48,041 nt of DNA from Atractiella rhizophila (GCA_021432655.1 MU271265.1:62001-110041); one strand, 5' to 3'. Counted from the first letter of the stretch, positions 14,162 to 26,429 are shown. Notes: generated by a model from the sequence alone, not told the origin. Program-made: numbers and translations.

Positions 14162-15811
14162 TCACGCATAATCGAAACACTGACGTTGAAAGGTTACGAG
14201 AGATCCATGTCTGCGTCCCCTCCGCCTTCGTATATTGTGAGCCGATCCATCAGAACTGGAAAAACCACACCCCCAAGTTTTTGCAACCTCTTCCTCCTCC
14301 CATTCACCGAAAAATAGAACCACTTCTATCTTACTGTCCCACTCTGTGAACCAGCGAGCCGTTCGGAAGAATAGAGCACAGAACTCCCTGAAGTGAGAAA
14401 AGCCAATTGAGCAATAGTTGAGTGAAAGGTATTGCAACTCTTTAGGACATCCACGAAGTATGAGGGCGAAGAAGTTGTAAGGAAGAAGACGTGATCTTTC
14501 ATTATACCCCTCCAAGATAAGGTGGGTCAATTGTGGAAAGCGCGAAATAGACAGGGGAGCAGAGAGGGACCAAGGATGGTCGCTGCTGTTTGACAGTTGA
14601 TACGGTAAGCAATCGAGCCGAAGAAACTTGAGATTCGCTAACGATCGAGAGCCAGGGCCGAAGATATCACGTTCCAAGCCAGGTGGAAGTGGAAAGCTGT
14701 GCACAATCTCTAACGTCTGAAGCTGATTTTCAGAGTGTTTGACCGATTTGGTAGACATCGTCGTCAGAATAGATGCAAAGATTTTGTATCTCGTCAATGG
14801 TACTCGGACAAAGCTCACTCGGTTACAATCAGTAAGCGACCTTGTGCATTCTTGATCTGCAGCTTCCGTCGCAAGTGCTGGGGAATAAACTTCGAGGCTC
14901 CGAAGATTTGAATGGGTTTTCTGGACAAAAGTAAATATATCTTTAGTTGTCCAGGGAGAAGAAAAAGTAATCGATTGTATCATGCGCAGTTGGGCTAACT
15001 GATCAAGCAGTTTTTCGCGCTCAGCAGAATCCACAGGGCCCGCCTCAAATCGAACATCTGTAGCGCTGCGAGACCATCGTATTACTCGAAGGAGATCAAG
15101 ATTGCGTTCGACGTCTTCAGTCGTGTAACGAAAGGTTCTCCACAGCCTCGATAACGACGGTTGATAGCGTAGGAGACGCAGCTTCTCAGCGTTATCAGTC
15201 GGTTCTGCCAAATAGTGTGCAGCAAGATCCCTGAACCGCGAGCAGACTTGTGCAAGGGAAGATGACAAATCTTCGAGTTGTAGACGAAGCTCCATCATGA
15301 TTTGATGCAGGATCTCGTTGGGAAGGCGATGGATTGCACCCACGGGTGGAACTCGGGAGAACTGCAAAATTATGAATCGGGTATGATATCGCTGACGCCT
15401 GGAGAACAGGGAGCCAGAGCTCCAACTAATGTCCCCACGGTTGGGCGCCTCGAAAACGATAGGATAGATGACGCGATCAGGAGAAATCCGTATCGATGTT
15501 TCTTTCCAATAGTCCTGCAGCTTGTTGGTTGTAAAAGTTATTCGATATTTTTGAGGCAGAATTTCATCCACGAAAACACACAATTCGTCACTTTCACACC
15601 ACGGGAGCATCAAAATCTCCCCTCCAAGCTCTTTGGTGGGTACTCTGACAGACTTGACAGAGGATTCATGATAGAAGATTCGAATCTTGTTAATTCTGCT
15701 TTCGCGAACAAAGGAGGAGGTAAGAGCTAGTCCAAGAGGAAATGTCGCCCTTGAGCCTTCGATAATAATTGGGACGCAGTGAAAGTCAGAACGGTAGTGC
15801 ATATTATCCAA
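14162..15811 (-). CDS. F-box-like/LRR-like orphan protein (paralog of 6208-8024); true start uncertain
   Basis: 549-aa ORF; F-box-like HRLPNEILHQIMMEL...LAQVCSRFRDLA; LRR-like L..L.L segments. Confidence 0.75.
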   Translation of the reverse strand: MDNMHYRSDFHCVPIIIEGSRATFPLGLALTSSFVRESRINKIRIFYHESSVKSVRVPTKELGGEILMLPWCESDELCVFVDEILPQKYRITFTTNKLQDYWKETSIRISPDRVIYPIVFEAPNRGDISWSSGSLFSRRQRYHTRFIILQFSRVPPVGAIHRLPNEILHQIMMELRLQLEDLSSSLAQVCSRFRDLAAHYLAEPTDNAEKLRLLRYQPSLSRLWRTFRYTTEDVERNLDLLRVIRWSRSATDVRFEAGPVDSAEREKLLDQLAQLRMIQSITFSSPWTTKDIFTFVQKTHSNLRSLEVYSPALATEAADQECTRSLTDCNRVSFVRVPLTRYKIFASILTTMSTKSVKHSENQLQTLEIVHSFPLPPGLERDIFGPGSRSLANLKFLRLDCLPYQLSNSSDHPWSLSAPLSISRFPQLTHLILEGYNERSRLLPYNFFALILRGCPKELQYLSLNYCSIGFSHFREFCALFFRTARWFTEWDSKIEVVLFFGEWEEEEVAKTWGCGFSSSDGSAHNIRRRRGRRHGSLVTFQRQCFDYA

Positions 15812-16276
15812 TAAGAGCGTCTGCGAGATGTCGTTGAGCTAAAGAATCAACTGTAAGCAGGTCCAAACAGTCAAAACACAATCCAGGCAAAATCTAATTC
15901 TCTAAAAAGCACATCACTCTTAAGTGATGATATAAGGAAAACTCGAGTTATTATTGTAATGAGATTTATTTTTGACGATAGCCTGTACGTTGGCACTCGC
16001 GTTTGATCGCAAATAGCAGTTGAGGTAACCATGAATGTGTCTCGACTTGAACTCGAACTCAACGACTCCTGGAGCAGTGACACTCACTGTACACAGTGCA
16101 GTAACTCCTAGCAGAAGCTAACGATTGTGTTACGAACCCTTGCACCACCTCCAAGGAGCCTCCTTTCTCAGCTATTCTCAGCACATTCTTACGGACTTGC
16201 GGGGGATTAGGAAATCCTTTGGGGGCTTCTCCACCAAGGATCGCGCTCGTCAACAGGAATCGCGTATTCTTGCGAT

Positions 16277-16773
16277 ATGCAGTCGTCAAGGATGTCCTCC
16301 CTCCCCAGCAAAACGGGCTCCGTTTCAGGCCAAAATATTCATAAGCGTGTCAAGGATTATCAAAAGGAATTCAAGACGTATCTCGAAATCGAGCAGAATA
16401 CTCGTCAGATGGAGACACTGTTCAAGGAGATGGTCGACAGTTTTGCAATAATAAAAGAGGGAGGTAGAGGTATGTTGTTCATCCTGACCTGCATGTCTCA
16501 TTTTGATCCTGGGAGAAGCAACGGCCGATGTTACACAGAATTGGGCCAATGTCTTTCGTGCCGCCCATCTTGCCATCAGTATGTGTCATTTGGTCAAGTG
16601 GTTGCACGGGCAAATCTGATCCCTGATTCGTCCCAGCTTCTGCTCGACAGTCATTCCCCTTGAACGAGGAAGAAGGGCGGGAAGCTCAAAGCTCGAATTC
16701 ATCTGTGTCCTCCAAGGAGGAGGAGGTTCAGACACTCCCCGACACCATCGTCCGTTTTGAAACGGGGAGATAA
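16277..16773 (+). CDS. DAD2: DASH/Dam1 kinetochore complex subunit Dad2 (3 exons)
   Basis: Coiled coil followed by ATADVTQNWANVFRAAHLA and C-terminal LPDTIVRF, matching the Dad2 NW.NV.RA and LP.TLVR motifs. Confidence 0.7.
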
Positions 16774-16987
16774 AACTGTCTTTCTTTCATCTTGTACAAA
16801 CCTACACAGTCTATTAGCGCTGTTACTTTTAAGCGGGAAGCTCAAAGCTCGAATTCATCTGTGTCCTCCAAGGAGGAGGAGGTTCAGACACTCCCCGACA
16901 CCATCGTCCGTTTTGAAACGGGGAGATAAAACTGTCTTTCTTTCATCTTGTACAAACCTACACAGTCTATTAGCGCTGTTACTTTTA
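16677..16987 (+). repeat. Perfect direct tandem duplication, 2 x 155 bp with a 1-nt spacer
   Basis: 16677-16831 is identical to 16833-16987 by base-by-base comparison. Confidence 0.97.
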
Positions 16988-17239
16988 CCACTTGTTGTGG
17001 ATTCACTTCCCTAAAGATAATGAATGTAGGATCATCATTGCTGTAACGTGTGATAATAGATCATAGATGCGCATGCACACTCCCGCAACGAACCTGCCCT
17101 GAACTGCCCACAAGACTCTGTAGTAGTATAAACAAAGTGTGATTAATGCTCGAGACAATTGAGTCCCGTCACTACACTGATGGCGACGGCCTATTGGGAA
17201 TAGGTTTAATAAGCCTATTGCTTCCAGCATCATGGTTGG

Positions 17240-19012
17240 TTAAACCCATGCACGGACGGCGAAGCTCGACAGGGAACCAGCTGCAATGCCGGAGTAAAGG
17301 AACAACGTCATGGACGTGCTTGCGCTCTTCGGCACTTGATCAGCAAGGAAGGCAGAGAAGAAGGCGGACTAACTGAGATCTCGACGGGCTCCAGAGAAGG
17401 ATCTTGAATGGCGTTGACCATCACGAGTGCGCTGACATAGCCATTCGACACGGAAAATGCCAAAAGGACCAATAGGTATCCTATGTCAGAATTGATGATT
17501 GGAGTCGAATCCGCTTGACTAGCCTGGCGGATGTTGCAGAAGAGGAGTAGAGGCTATACAACCCCAGTAAGTTGAGCGGATCATAGTGATAGCAGGTCCT
17601 GACTTACCAAGAATACGAGTCTTGCACCGCTGGCCCATGCCAAACTGTTCTTAGTTCCTCTGTTGAAAGCTGGAACTTGAGGAAGGTTACGACCGAACCA
17701 GTCTCCTCCGTTAAAGAGGACAAATCCAAGTGGAATCCAGACTTTGTCGCTGATGCCAGATACCGAAGCAATTCTGACCGTAATGCTTGGAAAGAGAGAA
17801 AGGGTGAGGAGAAAAACGAAGAAGACAGAGAATCCCCAAACGTAAATCTTCTTGGCTACTTTCCACTGACTGACATGAATATCAGAAGGACTTTTCGTGT
17901 GAATCAGTGGAGACGACTCCGGATCGTCGTAGAACGAATTGTGAAGCGAGCGCAAGGAAGAGCTCATCACTTTGTCCCACTCATCCGTCCTCGTCAGGCG
18001 TCGAAAAAGAACGAACGAGTATGCTGCGAACGCAGTGCAGACGAAGAAGAAGATTGTAGGACCCCACCCGATGCGTTCATCCTCATTCCATTTCTCGGAA
18101 GGGGAGACGGAGCTAATGAGTTGAACGATGGAAACTAGGAGACCGATTGCGCCTTGTCCGCTGAAACACGCTTGGAGGCATTGGGGTGAGAACAACCCTG
18201 ATAGGCCCATGATCGCATTCTGAAAATAGGCGGCATAGCAGGCGATGATTACGTGCGTCAAGACGAGGTAGGGGACGACTATTGCCGCAGGGAGGCTGGG
18301 TGTTGTGGACGAGAGCAGGAGTAAGAAGAGGAGTGCTGTATCATCCAACTGTTAGCACATTAGTCTTCCTTCAGTACCCCAGAGGAAAGTCTGAACAACA
18401 AGTCATTGTGGGGATTGTATCGAATGCGCAAATCTGGACAATGTTAGTTGCTCTGGAAGGCAACTTGTGCGTTCGCCGGGCTCTTCCCTTGTGTATACTC
18501 AGGTCACCCATAACACAGCTAAAGGCGTGCGATGGTACAAGCTGTCCCGGCGCTTTGCTTTCTGCTTCTACTAACTAAAGCCGGTCCTTGACTAGACGTG
18601 TACAACAAGAATGCGAAAGAGAAACAAGCTCTCTCTGCCTCCCATTTCTTTTCAAAATAGGGTACGAACCCGTTATTCCCAAAATACTGTTCTCAGCTCG
18701 AGCTTTCATTCCCCTCTACGCAAATCATTAGTCAATTACACAACGTGCTCCTGAGGCGAAACACACAAGCTTCATGCTTCCATTTGCAATGACCAAAGCC
18801 ACCAAGCTGCTAGCAGTAAACGATAAAGGCAACCAGGAAGGTGCGCCATCTCGGACTGAGTTTGGTACGTTGGAACGAGAAAGTAACGCTGAGAAGTATG
18901 GCAGAGAGACTAGGACAGCATTCCAAGGGAGAAGAATAGTGCATCCTAGCAGGAAAAAGGTGAGGTACTGTGAATTCGGGTCATGCTGCCGTGATGGAGA
19001 GCTGGAAGACAT
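17240..19012 (-). CDS. Equilibrative nucleoside transporter (ENT/SLC29, Fun26-like; multi-exon)
   Basis: FFLLGCTILLPWN, SGQGAIG, TLSLFPSIT, LFNGGDWFGR, ARLVF, SNGY; many hydrophobic segments. Confidence 0.9.
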
Positions 19013-19193
19013 GGGAGTTATTACGTTTAGGGTCTCTGTTATTCCGCAGTGAACTTAATCGCAGGGCCAAAATTATGGATGGTCATAAGACTACAGCGGA
19101 CTAGAGTTGAACTAGAAGGTGACGCCAATTGCTGGCATAATTGAGCATAAATCTTTGTGGATCCAGCGAGGAAGTGGCTTTGGAACATGTGCA

Positions 19194-20489
19194 ATGGGGT
19201 GAGAACCTCGTTAGTGTTGTATCTGTTTTTCTGACCATCTTCACGGCCATCAGAACATTCTTCGCCGACCCTGATACCAACGCCTTTGTGTGGAGTGGGG
19301 ATTCCCTCTTGCTTGGATTCAGATAAGTGAGAATTAATGCTAATGGTCACAGATCACCGCACCTCCATAGCTGCTGGATCCGCTTCTATCGTCACAACAC
19401 TTGTTGGGTTTCCGTTGGACAGCATCAAATCTCGTTTGCAAGTGAAGACCTACGAAGGCGGCGTGTTGGGATGTGTCAAGAGTACATTCAGGGAGGAAGG
19501 GTTCCGGGGGTTCTTTAGGGGATTACTGAGCCCTTTGATAACGATCAGCGTGGTTCGGACAACAAGCTTCACCATTTACACAGAGTAAGTAACTTTTACT
19601 TTGCAATCGGATATGTTATGAATGGGCTGTGGCGGACAGGACGAAGAAAACTTTGCATGAAAAAGATCTTTTTAACAAAGATACGGTATCAGGAAGAGCT
19701 ATTTCCGGCTTCTTGGGTGGTGCAACGTGAGCTCTTTCGCTTGCTCTAGCAGAGAATTGACGACTGACGGTGTGGCAGTTCCGGAGCGTTGATAAGCGCT
19801 GGCTCTTGTCCTTTCGAGTTGACCAAGATTCGAGCTCAGCTCTCCTATCACATTGCTGCCTCTCGGGGTATTCCTTATCGACCAGAGGGGACTCTCGCTT
19901 CTGCGCGTGACATTATTGCTCGTGGGGGCTATCGAGCACGTTCTTTCCATTCTCTGATTTCAGTCCTGACCAGTTCAGGATAGGGACTGTATGCTGGAAT
20001 GGTTCTGCATTCGTTTCGAGATTGCTTCGGAACCGGGATCTACTTCGCTTTCTACGACTCCATACGGCATAGCAAGACAGTGAAAAGGACCATCAACGAG
20101 CCGCTGCAGCCCTTTCTTTGTGGGAGTCTTTGTGGAGTTATGAGTTGGATCATTGTCTACCCGTTAGGTATGTGCCTCCTCCAAGCAGAACATGGATGAC
20201 ACGAACGTAGATTTGGTGAAGACGCGTTACCAGAGAGCGAGGTTAGAAGGGGACTATGACAAGAAAGCATGGGGGATCTGGAAGGAAATATCCTCTGGAG
20301 GGATTCGGCGGATGTACACCGGCTTAGGCATAAGTGTAGCTCGCTCCATGTTTACCCACGGTCTCAGTAGGTCTACTCCTCGTTCAAGCTACAGAAACGA
20401 TCTGACAACTGCATATTATAGTGTGGTGGTGCCTCGAACGATTTGTCGTGATGATTGGAACTGCAACTGGTGGAGCCGCTCAACGGTAA
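19194..20489 (+). CDS. Mitochondrial carrier family protein (SLC25), substrate not assignable; start inferred
   Basis: Three PX(D/E)XXK signatures: PLDSIKSRLQ, PFELTKIRAQ, PLDLVKTRYQ; EGFRGFFRG; last exon ends GGAAQR* at 20489. Confidence 0.9.
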
Positions 20490-22024
20490 CCCGAATCTCC
20501 ACCTCTGTCCACCGCTCCAGCGTCTGTGAATGTTTCACAGATAGTCCCTCCTCCCAGAACAACGTCCGAAAGGGATAGCATGACGGTCTGACCGAGCGAT
20601 ATACCGTAAATTGGTTTCTCCAGCATAATGGCTAGGGAGCCATCGACACTACTATGAGATGAGAACAGATCGTGAGGACCGTGTGTGGAGGTCACGGACT
20701 GTATTTTTATTGCGCAAGCTACTTCGTCATTTCGGCTTTTGCCCAATTTGGCCATCAGGGGTGGGGGTTCCTGGTTGGTTGGTTGATGCATTAACATTCG
20801 CTTGTAATCGGGAAGAAGCCAGGAGAAGTCCTCGGTTCTGACTGTGTGAGTATATAGTGAAGGGTGTGAGCTGTACATATACTTTAGTGTTGATACGATT
20901 GATGGATCTCAACAATACCTCGGTGCAACATAGAGTGTGGGACAGCCCTCTGAAACGCGTTTTGACGAAACAAAAAGCTTTTCCTTCATCCCACTCAGAC
21001 TGAACTTTTGCCCTATTCAACCTCTAAGCTTGCTGAGCAGGTTCGATGAGGAGGAACAGACGAACCTATTGTATACTTCCACAATCCTTCGTGCTTTGCA
21101 ACCACTTCTTCGGTCCCCACAAGTTTTACAACACCTTCTCTTTCCTCGACATATGCGCCGAGCCAATCTGCGAACCTCTTCCTCTCGCCAACAAAGCAAA
21201 GGCCCATGCTTTCCTTCCGATTCCAATTGTGAAACTCTTCCTTTTTTGCAAGCTCCTTCACTGTGTCCTTCGAAGTAACATGCTGGCCCAACGGAAAATA
21301 TGTCCGTTGCAATGCTGCGAGAGGGGTGCTGCAAAGGTAATATGTCTGGTCTTTTGACGACGGGAATCGCGAGAGGAAAATTGATGGCCCCGACGTGGAT
21401 GCAGAAGGCGAGAGGAGACGGGCATAGTGTCCCGTAGCGAGCCAAGCGTTTGGGAATCTGGAGCGCACAAATGCAGAAAGTGCACCAAATTTGATCTCCC
21501 TGCTTACTCTTTACCTTCAGCTCTACTGAAACAAGGAGCGGACATACCGATTGCAGCTGACATCTGGATTTGGCGTCCAGCCCTTCTCCCACATGGCAAT
21601 GGATGGCTGAAAAACTCTGAACCAGTACTCCTTGCTCAAGTCTACCTTTCCAAGGTCTCAACACTTATGTCCAGAGCCCTGAAATGGAAACGCACCAGTT
21701 CACATGGAATTCCAATTTTTGCGCAAACCCTTTGAACATCGTTCCATTCACGTTCCCATTCGCAACCACGAGCAGAATCATCATCCCTAACATCCCAATT
21801 GCGCATGTAGATGCCGGAGACGTTGTAATCTCCAGATTTTGCCACCAAATGAGCAGAGACAGTGCTATCGACTCCTCCCGACAGCGCTACAAATACTGCG
21901 CCAGTGTGTTAGCTAGGAGTGGTAAATCTGAGAACTTCTTACCTTGAGATCCTTTCGGAGGCACATATCCCGTCGCTGGCTGAGTGAAGATGCGTGAAAG
22001 CGCATGGGGGAGGCGTTGTAACAT
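20480..22024 (-). CDS. SLM3: Mitochondrial tRNA-specific 2-thiouridylase (MnmA/TRMU/Slm3; multi-exon)
   Basis: SGGVDS PP-loop, YMRNWD, TPNPDVSCN, ATGHYAR, KDQTYYL, ESMGLCFVG, GQ...LGGGTI. Confidence 0.93.
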
Positions 22025-22104
22025 ATATTGGTCGTTGTGAGTTGGCTGATCGGCTTCCAACGCAAAGCGAGAAGCAAAGCGACCACGAGCACGATCAGGA
22101 CGAC

Positions 22105-25100
22105 ATGGATTTCCTCCGCTCACTCGCTTCCAGCTCGCTGGCCTCTCTGGCTGGCGGCGGGATACCAAACCTCCCTCAGTATACGCTGGGCGAGAAACAA
22201 CCTGTTTGGGACACAAATTGCATTTGGCAGCTCTTCAATGGTGTCCGAAAGGTGTGTTGAATCCTTACCAACTTCAAGTCTGGGTAACGGAGGGATGCTG
22301 CCATTGTAATCCTCTGCTTTGAGAATATGAAGATACACTCAGAGCGGATCTTCATTGCTACTCTGCTCGTTGCTCGTTGCTCGTTGCTCTCCTGAACAAA
22401 CGTCGTGCCCTAATCCTTTCCTGACTCGTGGAGCTAGAGATATTCTGTGGGGACAACACACTGACGTGCTTGTGTGCAGGATGACCAACTCCCCGTTTCT
22501 ATCTTCCACTTCGACGCCAACACCTCTCCAAGCGGTCGCTCTATCCTTCCACTCGCAAAGAATCACTTACGCAAACTGCGTTCGATACGTTATCCCGATG
22601 TCCTCAAGTTTCTAGATGCATCAGAGACGGATCACCAAGTCTGGGTCATTACAGAGCGAGTTGTACCGCTAAATATGAAGCTGGGTGAGCCTGATGTGGC
22701 TACTGAAGAATGGAAGATATGGGGACTAGCCAGGATTGCGGTGGGTATTTGATCTTGTTCGAAGGGGGAATGATAAAATTTGGCAAGTAAGTCAGCTCTA
22801 CAATTCATCAACAAGGAAGTCGGAGCAACGCATGGTGCGCATGGCATGACTAGGGAAAGCGTTATCTGACGCTTGGACGCATAGGGAATCTACGAGCTTC
22901 TTCTATCTTCGTTTCGCAGGGTGGCGAATGGAAATTGAGTGGTTTTGAAGTCCTTTCCAGTCCGAAAGACCAAAACCCTGTTCTTTACGTCCGCATTTTG
23001 TTCTTCTCTGTCCACGGATCTCACCTTGTTGCAGACTCTCGGCGGTGCTCTGCCTGGAGCAGGAGCTTTAGCCTCGCCTGAAGTCGCAAAACAAGGCTGG
23101 CCAATGATACGGGAACAAGATCCGTCTGCTCTCGACTCGTTTCAGCTTTATATTTTCATCTATCAGATCTTCAATAATTCACTCCCGCCTTCTGGCGCTC
23201 CTCAACCTGGATCTATACCTCGATCGCTTTTTGGCACTATTAGGAAGCTGGGAAACCCCTCTCCAGCTGGCAGGATGAAGACGGTTGATCTTTGGGAAGC
23301 GGGTATGGCAGAAGCTGGGTTCTTCAAGACGAACAGGCTTGTGAGGATCTGCAATGGGCTGGAAGGAATGGCACTCATGGGAGAGAGCGAACGTGGGGCG
23401 TTAATTAAGTACGCCAGCTTTTGAATCGTTGTAACCCTTGAAGCTAAAGTGGCAACAGGATGATCAAAGAATCTCCAACTCCATTGCCTCCCGATTTCTT
23501 GACGCACAAAGTGCTTCCATCTTTGCTAAATGTTTTCGAATTCAGCCCAGGTACGTCTGGTGAAAATTTATCTTTATCATCGCCTGATGCTTGGAGAAAT
23601 AGGCGGCCCAGCACTGCTTCCACTCATTCTCTCCTTCTCGACCAATCTGCCATCTGCTGCATACGCTCAAACCGTCCTACCAATTGTTCTGCGAATGTTC
23701 AGTTCCCCAGACCGCGCTATGCGTGTCGCATTGCTCGAAAATATAGACAGTTACAAGGAACACCTTGACACTCGTATGGTGTGTGACAAAATCTGGCCTA
23801 ATCTCGTTGGTGGTTTCAGCGATACTGTCGCAATCGTGCGGGAGATGACCGTGCGAAGCATACCTTCCTTTGCTCCAAAACTGTCAGAACGCATTTTAAA
23901 CAACGACCTCCTTCGACACCTAGCGAAAACCCAAACAGACCCAGACCCATCCATTAGGACAAACACTGCGATTCTTCTTGGGCGCCTTTCGAAACAGCTC
24001 ACGATTTCGACGCAGAGGAAAGTTCTAGTGCCAGCATTTGCGAGAGCTGTCAGGGACCCATTTCCACCTTCGAGAACGGCCGGCTTAGCCGCACTGATGG
24101 CCACGGTTGAAATTTATGAGCGGGATGATTTGGCCGCGAAGGTTATTCCAGCTATGAGCCTATGTCTCGTAGATAAGGAGAAAAAAGTTCGAGATCAGGC
24201 GTTTAAGGCTATGGACATGTTTGTAAAGCGTCTTGAAGTGCTCGTTCGAGATATGGTGCGTTCTCGCCTTCAGTTGATTTGGTACAAATTTAATGGCAGG
24301 GTAGCCTGAAACAGTCCAAAACGATGCTCAATCTGCTCCAAGCCAGATTTATACTACTCCTTCCACGGCCGCGGCCACTAACACAACTGTCAGCCCAGCT
24401 CTCACCACTTCCGCTGCCGCAGCTAGCTATCTTGGTTCGTGGGCCATGAGCACCATATCTAAGCAGGTGCATCAAATTTCTCAATTTTACTCGTAAACTT
24501 ACGGCCTTTCAGCTTGAACTTGGATCTACAATGTCTCCAACGCCAGCAACTCAGCCTCCTGTTCCCCAACCTGTGAATGGTGCTCGACCCATGAATGGAA
24601 CAGTTCCTTCTCGTCCACAAGCATTGACCCCTCGTCCGCCATCGCTCGAAGCGCCAGCACCACAGATTGAGGAATGGGGAGGCGATCCTGAAGATCTTAT
24701 GGATGTGACTGCTGATCAAGGCGATTGGAGTAAGCTGCGCATCCAAGTTGAGATGAGAAGGAAGGGCTGACATACAGCGGTTAGCTGAATTCGAGACAGC
24801 ACCTCAGCATAAACCAAAGATTGCTGCCATTAGGCAGAAGGGTCCACCAGCTTCTCGGCGGCCAGTGGAACCAAAGAAAACACCGATGAAACTTGATGCC
24901 AAAAAGTTGGACATGTCAACTTTCGCACCAGAACCTGACGATGGTATGTCCCTTCCAAGCCCCCCTTTCTATGGCTAAAATATAGCATAGATATTGGGGA
25001 CGCTTTTGGTGGAGACGCTGGTTGGGACTTGGACGCCGTAGCCGATGAAAACTGGGGAATGAACGAGCCTGCCCCTGAGGCTGAAGTTCGATCAGTTTCT

Positions 25101-25481
25101 CCAGGACGAGTAGCGTCTCCACCTGTTAAGCCAGCCTCACCCGCACCCCTAACAGCCTCTTCTTCAACAAAATCTCCTGTTACCTCTCCGCCAATTACTA
25201 TTTCAAAGGCGGGAAAGGGCCTTTCCGCTGTCCATGGCCCTGGTCGTGCGAAACCAGTAAATTCTACTCCGTCCCGGAGAGTATCTGTGTCGGCCTCGAA
25301 GGATAAGACGAACGATGGCTGGGGATCTTTTGATGATGAACAAGAAGAGAAGGAGCCGGAGAAGGTCACTTCTGTAGCCAGTGGAGTGGATAAGAAAGCT
25401 GAGATGGAGAGAATGCGGTTAGAGCGGAAGAAGCGCTTAGAGGAGGCGAAGAAGGCTAAGGAAGCAGCAAGGAACAAGTAA
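22105..25481 (+). CDS. CEX1: SCY1-like pseudokinase with HEAT repeats (Cex1/SCYL1; multi-exon)
   Basis: MDFLRSL start, LAKNHLRKLRSIRYPDVLKF, GEWKLSGFE, DRAMRVALL, IRTNTAILLG, RDPFPPSRTAG; low-complexity tail with DGWG motifs and a terminal coiled coil. Confidence 0.88.
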
Positions 25482-25619
25482 ACGTGTTGTCTTTCAATAT
25501 TCACAATTCACAGCTGGATTTGTATGCATTTCAGTCCCGCAGTGGTATTTATTGGACAGATCCAGTAGTTTCCCAAAATGACATTGATATACCGAGTGAA
25601 GAAATTGGTTAATGGTTAT

Positions 25620-26429
25620 TCACAACTTGCTCGTGATGGCCCTTGGCTCCAAAAAATTGACTTCCGTCCCGGCAGTCATGAAATAACCCAAAGAATGAAA
25701 TTTGTCCTTCATATCGATCCACCCCAAGCCATCACCAGCACAATCTTTGACCTTTGCGAGTCCCAACCAACCTTTCATCCTGAAAGCGGTACCTTTCCAT
25801 TCCTCCGTGTCGGCTTCCTCCTCCTTAACACCTTTTGGAAGTGGAGGCTGGACTAGCTCCAGATCCAACACCGGAGCTACTAGCGAAGTAGAAAATGGTA
25901 TGGATGGTAGCAGAGGGATGGGAGCAACAACGGCGCTGAAGAACGGTGTCGAAGCGTGGGGTTCTGATACGCTGATTTGTGTACCGCGGGCAGTTTTGTT
26001 GAAGGAGAAATTGGCGACATGTTTGGGGATGTTCCAATTCTTTCGCCCGGAAAATGTGGATGCTGCTGTAGAGACGTAAATTCGAGTGATACGAAGCTTT
26101 TTCTTCCTCTCTGGTGTTTGAAAGAATCCGGGAATATACATTAGCTCGTCGTACGGCCCTACAATCATCATGCCTTCTCAGCCAATTGCAACGACGCAGG
26201 CAGCAGGGAATGACCAACCGACTGGCGACTCCGCATATCGAATAATCAGCACTCCTCCTGGTCCTCCTTTAAGATCTTCTGGTTTTAGGGCCGCTTCTTC
26301 GGAAGGATGAAAAGCTCCTGCACGAAGAGCGGTGGAAGAAGGGAGAGAAACGTAAGAGGTCATGATCATGTACACGCTGGAACATTTAAGCGCCCATGGG
26401 GCAGGTGCAACCTGAAGAGATTCTGTCAT
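25620..26429 (-). CDS. Acetoacetate decarboxylase-like fold protein (2 exons)
   Basis: APAPW...IIRYAESPVGPYDEL...RITRIYVS...GRKNWNIPK resembles the ADC-family Y..S..GPY.E and GR..W..PK motifs. Confidence 0.7.

Noticed and set aside
16677..16987. CRISPR-like array or LTR pair
   Set aside because: Two adjacent copies without spacers, no TG..CA ends or target-site duplication, the unit is host gene sequence, and the context is eukaryotic.
18336..18669. TPP riboswitch in the transporter intron (also checked in the YPT6, PFK and CEX1 introns)
   Set aside because: No CUGAGA...GAAC(C/U)UGAU..G.UAAU.C..GCG aptamer consensus seen.
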